Assembly: GCA_050287845.1 (NCBI GenBank) | Contig: JBNKCR010000077.1 | Location: 1 to 64,000, forward strand | Direction of reading: 5' to 3' | Source of the DNA: Polyangia bacterium | GTDB lineage: Bacteria; Myxococcota_A; Polyangia; JAAYKL01 | DNA: 64,000 nucleotides | In this document: piece by piece, positions 49,677 through 60,600 of the stretch | Layout: every line of letters starts with the position of its first letter | Position numbering within the stretch: the first letter of the stretch is position 1 | Notes under the pieces: generated by a model | Told to the model about the DNA's origin: nothing | What the model saw: the letters and a program-made list of their open reading frames with translations, nothing else | Database searches by the model: none | Made by a program: the position numbers and the translations under genes

Positions 49677-50130
49677 GAACCCAGTATATCAGATGCCGCA
49701 TCAAACACTACGGCAAAAAAAACAGATGCATAGAGACTTGGTCGGGTCATCATTATTCGATTTATTCCCCCCCAAAATACGACTTTTTTCGCGTCCGTTA
49801 AAACCTTCCAGAGAAGCATTATGGTTCGATGAGGTGATCATTTTTTGTGACACAGGAGACGACAGCACAGAATATCTGCAGGGGCAGGCTATTCGCGCCA
49901 GACGGCGAAGGAATGATGCATCGGGACATCGTAACAGACGCATTCATCCCATAAATACGAGAGCACGTTCAGGGCGGTGACGGTGTACACCCCCATATCG
50001 ACTGTGCCCCCGTTTCGAAAAGAGAGCTTGAATCTTCAGTTTCATCCGCTATCAGTGGGTTGAAGATTGACATCACCTGTGGAAGCAGAAATACAGAACA
50101 GACACAGCTGGCACACCCTTGCGCGTTTCA

Positions 50131-50158
50131 GTAGGGGCGAAAAATTTTTCGCCCCTAC
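50131..50158. repeat. GTAG-type REP palindrome
   Basis: Perfect 28-bp palindrome GTAGGGGCGAAAAATTTTTCGCCCCTAC. Confidence 0.85.
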
Positions 50159-50346
50159 AAGTAATTCAAATGATTTCAATGTCTTGCACAGGGATAAATT
50201 CCATATTTGCCGAAAGGAAATTGAGAACGGGTCTTTCTTCTCATGAATCTTTGTAAAAAAGAGGTGATGCTGTTTGCACATGTCCGATAGAGATGTAGAT
50301 TATAGCTACATTTGAAAATGATGACGCAGCCGGGGGGAATTTCACT

Positions 50347-50508
50347 GTGAAAATCAGTGGCCGTACAATAGCGGTGGGCCTTTTCGTCCGGTATCGCGCG
50401 GGCCGCGACAATTGCAACGCCTTCCTGGTGGATAACTTCCACCAGGGCATCTCCGGCATCACATTCAGCCAGTTCCGCAAACCGAGCTTCGACGAACTCG
50501 AAGAATAA
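50347..50508 (+). CDS. Possible 53-aa small protein or gene remnant
   Basis: GTG start; MKISGRTIAVGLFVRYRAGRDNCNAFLVDNFHQGISGITFSQFRKPSFDELEE*, with GC-ending codons. Confidence 0.3.
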   Translation: MKISGRTIAVGLFVRYRAGRDNCNAFLVDNFHQGISGITFSQFRKPSFDELEE

Positions 50509-50521
50509 CCCCCTTGCATGC

Positions 50522-51535
50522 TCACGGCGCCAGTTTGGCCAGGCCTGCTTCCAGAATTTCGCGATTGAGGTGAAGGCCTTCTGCGGGGTCTTCGCAGGTG
50601 CCGGAAGGGTGGTAAAAGATGTCGGCGGTGAAGGGGCCGAAGGAATCCCGGCAGTGGGAATGGACAATGACCTGATGTCCCGGCTGTATTCTGGCTGAGA
50701 TGAAAGCCCGTGCCTTTTTTTCATGGGGTTTACCGGCAGATGCGGCATCCACCCCCCGAAGACGGAACTGCATGCGCAGATGGGCCTGCTCTCCCAGAAT
50801 CACTTCCAGCTTCAGGCTGTCGCCGCCCACCACCTCCTGGACCACCGCGCGATAGGCGTAGCGGTTTTCGTGGCCGCCTTTGATTTTATGAAATCGCTCC
50901 CGGGTGCCCAGACGAATGACAATATCGCCCGGGGTCACATCTTCCCGCAACAGGTTGCCGGGGACGCGCAGGCACACACCGAATCCGGCATCCAGCTGCA
51001 GGTCGCCACCGGTTCCCTGAACCACTTTGTATACAAATGGTCTGCGGTCCGCCACGGACAGGGTGCGTTCCAGCTTGATCGACGATACTTTTTCTGGCCC
51101 CACCACTTCGTTGACCGCACGCTCCAGGGCGCGAACCGTCAGCTTTTCAGTGGCCACCCGTTGTTCAAGCGCCTTGCGTCGGTTCTCGTTTTCCACCGAC
51201 AGCAGTGCCCGATAATGACTCCAGCACAGCGTATCATTCTCCGATGGTTCGGCATACCATCGGGCGAACTTTCGCATATAAAACACATTGCGGCGTCCGA
51301 ATCTGCGACCGTATTTCTGCCCCAGCATTTTCGAAACCCGCTCCATTACCCGCGCGGTTTCAGAAGAATTTAATTTGCGCTGTTCCTCCACTGCCAGAAT
51401 CAGTTGGCCCACCTGCCAGCTCTGCATCAGTCGCGCCTGCTCTTCAGAGCGACTGCCGGCGCCCTCTCCTCCCAACACCCCGTCAATTTCCGCAAACAGC
51501 GATTCGCTTACTTCTGTTAAATAATCACCAGTCAT
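50522..51535 (-). CDS. DUF1016 (YhcG) N-terminal domain fused to a thermonuclease/SNase-like domain
   Basis: WQVGQLI, GRRFGRRNVFYMRKFA and LCWSHYRALL (DUF1016_N); VVGGDS, RLRGVDA and LNREILEAGLA (SNase fold). Confidence 0.8.
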   Translation of the reverse strand: MTGDYLTEVSESLFAEIDGVLGGEGAGSRSEEQARLMQSWQVGQLILAVEEQRKLNSSETARVMERVSKMLGQKYGRRFGRRNVFYMRKFARWYAEPSENDTLCWSHYRALLSVENENRRKALEQRVATEKLTVRALERAVNEVVGPEKVSSIKLERTLSVADRRPFVYKVVQGTGGDLQLDAGFGVCLRVPGNLLREDVTPGDIVIRLGTRERFHKIKGGHENRYAYRAVVQEVVGGDSLKLEVILGEQAHLRMQFRLRGVDAASAGKPHEKKARAFISARIQPGHQVIVHSHCRDSFGPFTADIFYHPSGTCEDPAEGLHLNREILEAGLAKLAP

Positions 51536-51735
51536 GGCGCAAAGCTATACACCAACCCGGATTTTCCGTCGAGCGCCATTGCGACATCGTTTTATCCCGG
51601 TGACGTGTCATTTCTGCGACACAGAAAGGTCCAAAACATAAAAAAGTGTCAGAAAATCAACAATCATGTGACCGAAACGGTAAACAATTCCAAGTATTTT
51701 TGATATAGTTTCATTTTTATGTTTAAATGCGAGTT

Positions 51736-51749
51736 ACCTGTTTACAGGT
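51736..51749. promoter_or_regulatory. Dyad upstream of the biosynthetic operon
   Basis: ACCTGT-TT-ACAGGT in an AT-rich divergent intergenic region. Confidence 0.3.
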
Positions 51750-51821
51750 TACCAGATTTGATTTAATTGCGATCTATAACCAATTTCGTGCACTACCGGT
51801 ATGTTGTCCAGGAGGCACCTG

Positions 51822-53312
51822 ATGAATTATTGTGACTCGTTGTATGCGGTATCAACAGATTTCCTCGAACAGACGGTATTTATGGAGTTGGAAACTTCGC
51901 AATCCATTACGTATGGCGAACTGCAACGGGAAATTCGAAAGTGGGTGGTCTTTTTCTCCCGCAATGGCGTGACCCACGGCGACTGCATCGCCATTCATCT
52001 GCATAACGGTCTGCATTTTATTCTGGCACACATGGCCGCCCAATACATGGGGGCGGTATCGGTGTTGATGGATCCCCTTTCCCAGCCCAAATCGCTCAGA
52101 TACTATCTGGATATGACAGACGCCACCATGCTGGTCACCCATCTGGGCGATGTGCCGCTGGCCGGCGCGGACACCGGAGATACCAGGGTGATCACCGAAG
52201 CCATGCTTCCGGCCAGAGACAGCAGGATGCCGGAACCCCACGAAGTTCCCCAGATGGCGGACTGGTCGGAAACCGAAACCAGTTACATTTATTTTACATC
52301 CGGCACTACCAGTCTTCCCAAGGGAGTGCCGCTCACCTATGGCAATCACAACAATTTTTTCAGAATTGCCGATGAGTACTGGCAACCCTCGGACCACACG
52401 TCAAAGCACATCAGTTTCGTGCCGTTCTCCCATGGGTTCGGGAGTATTTTTCTGATACCGTGGACCATCCGCACGGGCAGTTCATGCTTTATCCTGAGGG
52501 GATTTCACCCGCTGAAGGTGGAGCAGGCCATTGCCACCCATGGCATCACCCATATTTATGGGGTTCCTTCTCATTATCAGCAATTGCTGAAGTTCTCGCA
52601 GTTTCACGACTCTCTGAAAAAACTGAAAATGGCGTTCTGTGCGGCAGCCAAACTCGACAAGGAGACGGTTGACCTCTGGCAGCAGGTGACCGGACATCAT
52701 CTGCATGAAGGCTATGGTCTCATTGAAACCACCGGTGGCATCACCTGGCGGGTTCATCAGGATTCCTCGCAGACCGGAGATGTGGGTATCTGTCCCGATC
52801 CGTCGTTGATTGAGCTGGGCATTATGGATGAGGACGACCATCTGCTGGCGCGGGGCGAAGAGGGAGAAATCGTGGTGCGGGGCAGCAGTGTGACCCGCGG
52901 ATACCTGAATATGCCCGAAGAAAATGCCCGGGTGTTTGCCGGCGGATGGTTCCATACGGGGGACAAGGGCAAAATCACCGATGCCGGACAATTGATTATG
53001 ACCGGTCGTATTAAAGATATCATTAATATCGCCGGTATTAAAATATCGCCATTTGAGGTGGAAAGCGTTTTGAACCGACACCCCCAGGTAGGTACCTCGG
53101 CAGTGGTCAGTGCCGCCGATTCCCTTTATGGAGAGGTCGTAAAAGCGTTTGTCATTCCCGCCACAGGAGAGTCGCCCGATCCCCGGGCGCTGATTAAATA
53201 TTGCGCGGAACATCTGATTAATTTTCAGGTGCCGAGGCAGGTTGTGCTCCTGGATGATTTTCCCCGAAACAACATGGGTAAGGTTGATAGAAAACAACTG
53301 AGAGCCCTGTAA
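51822..53312 (+). CDS. AMP-binding enzyme (acyl-CoA ligase-like, ANL superfamily)
   Basis: GGAGG RBS before ATG 51822; FTSGTTSLPKG, EGYGLIET, WFHTGD, GRIKDII and PRNNMGKV. Confidence 0.93.
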   Translation: MNYCDSLYAVSTDFLEQTVFMELETSQSITYGELQREIRKWVVFFSRNGVTHGDCIAIHLHNGLHFILAHMAAQYMGAVSVLMDPLSQPKSLRYYLDMTDATMLVTHLGDVPLAGADTGDTRVITEAMLPARDSRMPEPHEVPQMADWSETETSYIYFTSGTTSLPKGVPLTYGNHNNFFRIADEYWQPSDHTSKHISFVPFSHGFGSIFLIPWTIRTGSSCFILRGFHPLKVEQAIATHGITHIYGVPSHYQQLLKFSQFHDSLKKLKMAFCAAAKLDKETVDLWQQVTGHHLHEGYGLIETTGGITWRVHQDSSQTGDVGICPDPSLIELGIMDEDDHLLARGEEGEIVVRGSSVTRGYLNMPEENARVFAGGWFHTGDKGKITDAGQLIMTGRIKDIINIAGIKISPFEVESVLNRHPQVGTSAVVSAADSLYGEVVKAFVIPATGESPDPRALIKYCAEHLINFQVPRQVVLLDDFPRNNMGKVDRKQLRAL

Positions 53313-53336
53313 GGCCGGTAACGGAACGAGGACATC

Positions 53337-54590
53337 ATGTCATTGAAAAGCAACCGGGAAGCCTCCCCCAAAGAGGCTTCTGTCTCCATTTACGACGTGT
53401 TTCGGCAGAGCCGAAGCGAGAATATCCATCCGATAAATCTGACGGTAGGCAATCCCAACCTGCCACCACCGCCGGAATACTACAGAGCCATGGCCGAGGT
53501 GGTGACCGAAATCACCAGCCAGAAATGGAATGGGCATGGATACATGGTGGAGGAGGACCCATTCGGTCTATGCGGGAAAATCGCCACCCATTTGAGCACC
53601 CGCTTCCAGTCGCAGTTTAACAGTCAGGACGTGGGAATCACCGTTGGCGCAACCGGTGCACTGGATGTGATCTGCAAAACAGTGCTGGATCCCAATGGCC
53701 CCTGCAGCCAGATGGGCAATGAAGTGATTATTTTAGCGCCGTACTTTGTGGAATATACAAATATCATCGAAGCCAACGGTGGGGTACCCGTCGCGGTGCA
53801 TACCAACGAAAAATTCGGGTTGGACCTGGAGGCCATCGACGCGGCTCTGGGGCCGAACACCCGAATGATGCTGGTCAATTCCCCCAATAATCCCACGGGC
53901 GCCATCTACTCTGCGGCGGAACTCAATGCCCTGGCTCAGCTGGTATCCCGGAAGGAAAAAGAGTTTGGAACATCGGTTTATCTCGTTGAAGACGCGGTGT
54001 ACGACACCATTCATTTTGCGGAAGAACCGGTGCCCTCACTGGTGGATTTGCATCCCCGGCTTTTCAGGGTGAATTCCTGGTCGAAATCCATGAGCCTTTC
54101 GGGCGAGCGTATCGGATATTTTGCCATGCATCCCCATATCGGTACAGGTGATGACCGCGCGGCGCTGCGGGAGGCGCTGTTTCTGAATATGCGAATGCGG
54201 GTGGTGCATGCGCCTCTGTTTCAGCATCGCATTCTGGCCCGACTCCCGGTGGATTGTGTCACCGATATCGGCTACTACCGACGAAACATTGAAACCCTTT
54301 ACCAGTGTCTCAAGGCGCTGGGCTTCGGCGTGAATCCACCCATGGGCACCTTTTACCTGTGGAGTGTGTTGCCGCCGCATTTTTCAGACGAAGAAGCCTT
54401 CCGCTCCGTGGCCATGAGCGGCGAGAATCCATTGCTCTATCTGCCGGGCGCCATTTTCGGCGGGAACCATTATCATCGGTGCGTAAGGTTTTCCGCCTGT
54501 GTGTCCTATGAAGAAATTGAGCGGGCGTGTGAAAAGCTGCGCCACATCGTATCCGGTATGCATTCGACAACGGAAGCGGTGTGTCTGTGA
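53337..54590 (+). CDS. PLP-dependent aminotransferase class I/II
   Basis: LTVGNP, NSPNNPTG, EDAVYD and SWSKSMSLSGERIGY. Confidence 0.92.
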   Translation: MSLKSNREASPKEASVSIYDVFRQSRSENIHPINLTVGNPNLPPPPEYYRAMAEVVTEITSQKWNGHGYMVEEDPFGLCGKIATHLSTRFQSQFNSQDVGITVGATGALDVICKTVLDPNGPCSQMGNEVIILAPYFVEYTNIIEANGGVPVAVHTNEKFGLDLEAIDAALGPNTRMMLVNSPNNPTGAIYSAAELNALAQLVSRKEKEFGTSVYLVEDAVYDTIHFAEEPVPSLVDLHPRLFRVNSWSKSMSLSGERIGYFAMHPHIGTGDDRAALREALFLNMRMRVVHAPLFQHRILARLPVDCVTDIGYYRRNIETLYQCLKALGFGVNPPMGTFYLWSVLPPHFSDEEAFRSVAMSGENPLLYLPGAIFGGNHYHRCVRFSACVSYEEIERACEKLRHIVSGMHSTTEAVCL

Positions 54591-54653
54591 GCCATAAAAT
54601 CGATATGGCATATCTGAACATAAAGCGAATAAATTCAATTTTGGGGAAAACGT

Positions 54654-57600
54654 ATGAGTGAGAGAAAGCTGAAAGAACAGATTGCGGTGGTGTCCATGGG
54701 ATGCATTCTGCCGGATGCACCGAATCCCGAGGTATTCTGGCAGAACGTGTTGAATAAAAAAGTGTCCATCGGTAAATCCGGCGGGGATCGATTTGACAGG
54801 GAAGTGCACTTCAGACCGGAAATGTACGGAAAAACGGAGAAGTTTGATAAAACATATACCGAAATCGGTTCTGCAGAAGCGGCATTTGAATTTGATGGCC
54901 GGCGGTTTCGATTGCCGCCGACGGTCACCCGTCACATGGACAGCAATCAGAAAGTGATGGTTCTTTCCACAGAACAGGCACTTTCAGCAGTGAAGTCCGA
55001 TACCTGGAACCGGGAAAAGGTTTCGGTATTCGTGGGCACGTCGTTTATCGGAGAGCTCCATCACGCATTTCAACGCCGTACTCATTGGGATCGATTTTCC
55101 TATCATCTGAAAAGGCATCCGGATTTCAGCGGGCTGGATGAACAGAAGCAGTCTGCTGTGCTGAAGGATTTGGAGCACAGGTTTTTAAAAGGGACATACA
55201 TGATATCCGAGGATAGCGCTCCCGGAGTGCTGCCCAATATCATTGCTGCCCGCGTTTCATCGGTGTTTGACTTCCACGGTCATGCCTACGTGCTCGATGC
55301 CGCCTGTGCGTCCACCCTGGCGGCCATCATCGCGGGGGTACAGCATCTCGAATCCGGTGAATCCGATGTGGTGATTTGCGGCGGCGCCGATTTGCTCAAT
55401 GCCGAGTTGGGCCGGGTTTACTTTTCAGGAATCAATGCGTTGAGCCCGGATGGTTCATATCCGTTTGATGTGCGGGCCAATGGATTTGTTGTCGGAGAAG
55501 GCGGCGGTGCAGTCATTCTGAAACGATACAGCGATGCCATTGCAGATGGCGATCAGATTCTGGCGCTGATTTCGGGGTATGGCCAGAACTCCGATGGCAA
55601 GGGGAAAGCCATTGCGGCGCCCAATTTCAAATGGCAGGCAAAATCCATTTCCGATGCATTCCGGATGGCTGGATTTTCTCCCGACACGGTGGAGTTGATT
55701 GAAGCCCATGGCACCGCTACCAAGGTGGGCGACAAAAGTGAAATCGATGCCTTGAAGACCTGCTATGAAGCGCTGGGCGCCCGGCGGCAACAGTTCTGCG
55801 CCGTGGGGTCCGCCAAATCCAATATTGGCCACCTGAAAGCCGCGGCTGGCGTTCCGGGGTTCATCAAGGCGGTGATGTCCCTGCATCACAAGGTGCTGCC
55901 TCCGACGGCCAGTTGTGAGACAGTGAATCCGGCACTCCAGTTGGAAGGCTCGCCATTTTTCATCAATACCGAAACAAGAGACTGGCCCAAAACGGATCAT
56001 CCGCGACGGGCCGGGGTGAGCGGATTTGGATTTGGTGGCGCCAACTACCACATTGTTCTGGAAGAATTCAGAGAAGCGGATGTGGAGAAAAAACTGGCAG
56101 ACATTCGACAGATAAAATCAACACCGTCGATTTCAACTGCAGCGGTGTCGGTTTCTGAAACGAATAAATCGCCAGATGCAGCAGCCTCCGGGCCAAAGGA
56201 GTCGTGGTTGACCCTGATGGTATCCGGGGCAGATACCGACGAACTTTGTGGGGAACTGTCGCGCATTCTGACCGAGGTTTCTGACGGCGTTTCCAGAAAT
56301 GAGAATATGTTGAATCTGGTTCTGAAAGAAAATTTCAGCGCAGTGTCAACGGCCACTCATCGGTTGGGCATCGCCTTTTTGGGACGAGTTGAACTGCGGA
56401 CAAAAATAAAAGCCGCACTGGAAATGCTTTCAAAGGAACCCTTTGAACAGGTTGCTTCTCAATGGGCATTACTGGCACAGAAAGGGATTTTTTACCGGAA
56501 TACGCCACCTGTGAAACGGGACGAAGTGGCATTTCTGTTTCCAGGCCAGGCCTCCCAGTATCCCGATATGTGCCTCTCCCTGGAGGAGGGATATCCCCAC
56601 CTGAAGGGATTTACCGTTCCCATGGACAGCTATTGGGAAAGCCATTGCGGTACCCCCATTTCGGAATTGATTTCTTCTGCGGGCCGCGGTGTGGAAGCCA
56701 CGGCAAGTCTGCTGAAAAATACCCGAAATACCCATCCGGCATTGCTGTATGGCAGCGTGCTGTGTCACGAGATATTGAGACAGCACGGGGTGGAAGCCGG
56801 GTTTATGGTGGGCCACAGCGCCGGCGAAATTTCTGCTCTGAAAGCGGCTGGGGTGCTGAATCTGAAAAATGCCCTGCTGCTGATGGATTCCAGAAGCAGT
56901 AGCTTTGTGGAAATGCCCAAAAATCTGCCGGATGGCGGAGTGGACTGCGGCAAGATGGCGGCAGTGAAAACCGATAGAGAGAAACTCGACGCATTGGTTG
57001 CCGAATCGGGCGCGTCGGTATCGCTGGCCAATCTGAACAGTCCGACCCAACTGATTGTCAGTGGCTTTACCAGAGACATGGACGCGTTTCTGTCGTTTCT
57101 TTCGGCGCGGAAAATCGGCTTTGTTGAATTGAATGTGAGTCACGCCTTTCATTCGCCCGTGGTGCAGCCGGCAGCGGAACAGTACCGAAAAGATTTGGAA
57201 TTGATTGTGTTTCAGAAGGGCGAGACGCCGGTGTACGCCAACGAAACGTGTACGGCGTATCCGGAAGACCCGACAGTTCCTGGCGCCGAAGATCAAATAA
57301 GAGACATGCTCTATCGCCAGATTACCGGATCGGTCAATTTTATGGGCACCATTGAAAAGCTCGCCAGAGAAGGCGTCCGCCTGTTTGTGGAGGTGGGCCC
57401 CAACCAGGTGCTGAGTCAACTGACGCGGACGATTCTGGACGGAAAAAATGTGTCGATTGTTCCTTCGAATCCCAAAAAGAAATCGGACATGGAGGGAATG
57501 CAATCGTGTATTGCTGCGCTGTTTGCCGAAGGAGTGGCTGTGCAGTATGTGGCCCCGGCCACCGGTCACGCCAGACCGTCCGCAGAGAATGAGGCGCTGC

Positions 57601-60600
57601 CGCTATCGCCCGCCCCGGCGCAGAATGTGCAGGTTCAGTATCCAGGGCCGGCCATCGGATACTCCGGCGTGTCGGTTGGTCTTCCCGGATCGTATAAAAA
57701 AAGTTTCAGGGACGACAATTTTGAACAGTTGTTTGCCGGGCACAATTTCATTGAGGCGTTGACCGAAAAAGAAAAATCCAACCTTGCGTCGCTGCGGGTG
57801 AACAAGGTGGTGAAAACCAGCCAGGGACCCTCGTTTCATCTGCTTGATTCCCTGGAAAGCGTGATTCAGCTGGCCGGCAAGGTGGGTCAGATAGATGCCT
57901 TGAAAGATTATCAGATTGATCAATCTGAAATCGATCAGATGAATCAGGCCATCCTCCATGGCGTTGCCGCCGGATTCGAGGCCCTGAGAGATGCCCGGAT
58001 TCCCCTTGTGCATCAGTACAATAAAACCGCATCGGGGGGATTGCTGCCCGACCGCTGGGTGCTTCCCCGGTCGATGCAGCGGCGCACCGGGGTGATCTAT
58101 GCTCATGGATTCCCCATGGTGGAAACGGTGGTGGCCGAGGTGACCCGCCATCTGAATTACAGGTTTGCCGGCGTCGGCCGAAAGAACCAGCTGGCGTTCT
58201 ATCATCAACTGCTGCCCCTCATTGAGAATACCGAAGCGAAAGATATATTGACCAACTGGTTCGTAGAGAATCAGGCGATGTTGAAAAATGCCTGCAGCGA
58301 TGATGAGGTGTTCAAATTCAATCACCTGTTCATCAACCAGATTTCTTCTTTGGCCAATGTGCGGATGGCCCAGTACATTCAGGCGCTGGGGCCGAATTTT
58401 CAGCTCAATGCCGCCTGCTCTTCCACCTGTACCGCCATTACGTTGTCTGAAGAAATGATTGCCTCCGGTCGTGTCGATCGCATGCTCATCATCGGTTCGG
58501 ATGATGCCACCTCGGAATTAAGTATGCCGTACCTTGGCGCCGGTTTCCTGAGTACCGGGGCGGCCAGTTGTGAATCCGATGTCCGGGAAGCGGCATTGCC
58601 CTTTGATGAACGTCGAAATGGCATGATTATCAGCGCAGGGGCGGTGGCCCTGGTGGTGGAACGTATGGATGCCGCCCGGGAAAGAGGCCTGCGTCCGGTT
58701 TGCCAGTTGCTGGGAAGCCATGTGTTCAATACGGCGGGGCATCATGCCCGATTGAATGTACCCCGCTATGCGGATGAACTGAAATACTTCATTGATGAGA
58801 TGGTTGCGCAATACGGGTTGGACGTGGATACCCTCAGTAAAAAACTGATGTATGTATCTCACGAAACCTATACGCCGGCCAGAGGGGGCTGCTCCGAGGC
58901 GGAAGCAGTCTCGCTGCGTCATGTGTTCAAAGACAATTTTCGCAATATTCTGGTGACCAATACCAAGGGCATGACCGGGCATATCATGGGCGCATCCGTG
59001 GAGGATGTATTGGCGGCGCGGGCGTTGGAATGCGGTAAAGTACCGCCGGTGGTGAATTTCCGGGTGCCCGACCCGAAGCTGGAAGGACTGAACCTGAGCA
59101 GGGGAGGGCGTCACCGGTGCGAGTTTGCATTGCGAATGGCGGCCGGGTTCGGATCGCAGGGCAATTACATTCTGCTGCGCAGATATGGGGATGTCATTGA
59201 GGAGGGCGCCATGGTGAATCCTCTGAATCCCCGGAGTGATCATCGCATTGAAGACGCCGGGCGCTACCTGGATTGGCTCAGGGAGGTATCCAACGACTCC
59301 GCACCCGAACTGGAGTTTTCCGGGCGATTACTTCGGGTGAAAGATGCGAAGATGGGCGCGGTGGTTTCTGATTCATCTGATGTGGCCCCGGCGCCGGACA
59401 GTCCCGGGGAAACCCCTGCGTCGGCGCCGGTGTCCGCTGCTCATCCGTTTTCGGGGACCGCTGACGAATCCACCCGTGGCCCGGCAACGGTTGCGGTGAA
59501 GGAAACACGCACCGCAACCCGGGGGGAAATTCAGCGTCTGGTTTTCAGCGTGGTGGCCGAAGTCACCGGGTATGCCCCGGAGATGATAGAAGCCGATATG
59601 GAAGTCGAAAATGATCTGGGTATCGACACCGTGAAACAGGCCACCATTCTCAGCACCCTTGGGGAAAAGCTCGGGGTGGCGGATGAGTTCGAGTTTCAGA
59701 TTGCCGCCTATCCGACCGTTGCGTCGTGGATTGACCTGTTTATGGGGCTTTCCGCCCGGGGTGAGACCATCAACCAGACCGATATCACCGCGACGATGCC
59801 GATTGTGGCGATGGAGAATGACACAGTGCCGCCGCCTTCGGTGCGCAATGCGACCCGTGCGCAGATTCAGGAACTGGTTTTTACCGTGGTTTCGGAGATT
59901 ACGGGATATGCCCCGGAGATGATTGAACCGGATATGGAAGTGGAAAACGACCTTGGCATCGATACGGTGAAACAGGCCACCATTCTCAGTATGCTGGGGG
60001 AGAAACTGGGAGTTGCCGATGAGTTCGAGTTTCAGATTGCCGCTTATCCGACCGTTACGTCGTGGATTGATCTGTTCATGGGGTTGACCGGCGCCGGGGG
60101 GGAAGCCCACTCGGCGAAAGCCGCAGCGGCGGTTGAAACAGAAACTGAAACAGATAATTCCATGAATTTGCAGGGGGCGCCCCGGAAGTTGAACACCCAC
60201 TATCTGGTGCGGGAGCCATTGGCTTTTGAAACGGCGAAGAAGATTCTGGCGAAAACCGCTGACCTGAAATCCTGCCGGTTGTTTATTATTGGACCGGTAT
60301 CCCGTTTTGAAATGCTGCGTTCCAGATTGCACCGGATAACCGGTGAGTTGATTCATGTGGACCTTTCGGTGAACCGGATTGCAGAAGCGGTGTCGCGGGT
60401 GAGGAGCGGTGGCACATTGCCGCTTAGGGATGTATGGATGGATTTGAGTGCCTATGAAATTGGCGCGGACGTTCAGGATATGTTGAGCGCCCATTTTGAT
60501 TTCTGTAAAAAGCTCGATGACCAGCGACCCAACCGGATTGTGTCCATTGGTCGCCAGTCTCCCACCTATGGGGCGCTGGTGGGATATTATCAGGCGCTGT

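Noticed and set aside
50293..50311. ATGTAG-N7-CTACAT dyad resembling 10502-10517
   Set aside because: Too short to distinguish from chance.
50176..50748. Minus-strand ORFs overlapping the end of the DUF1016 gene
   Set aside because: Overlap a better-supported gene and lack motifs.
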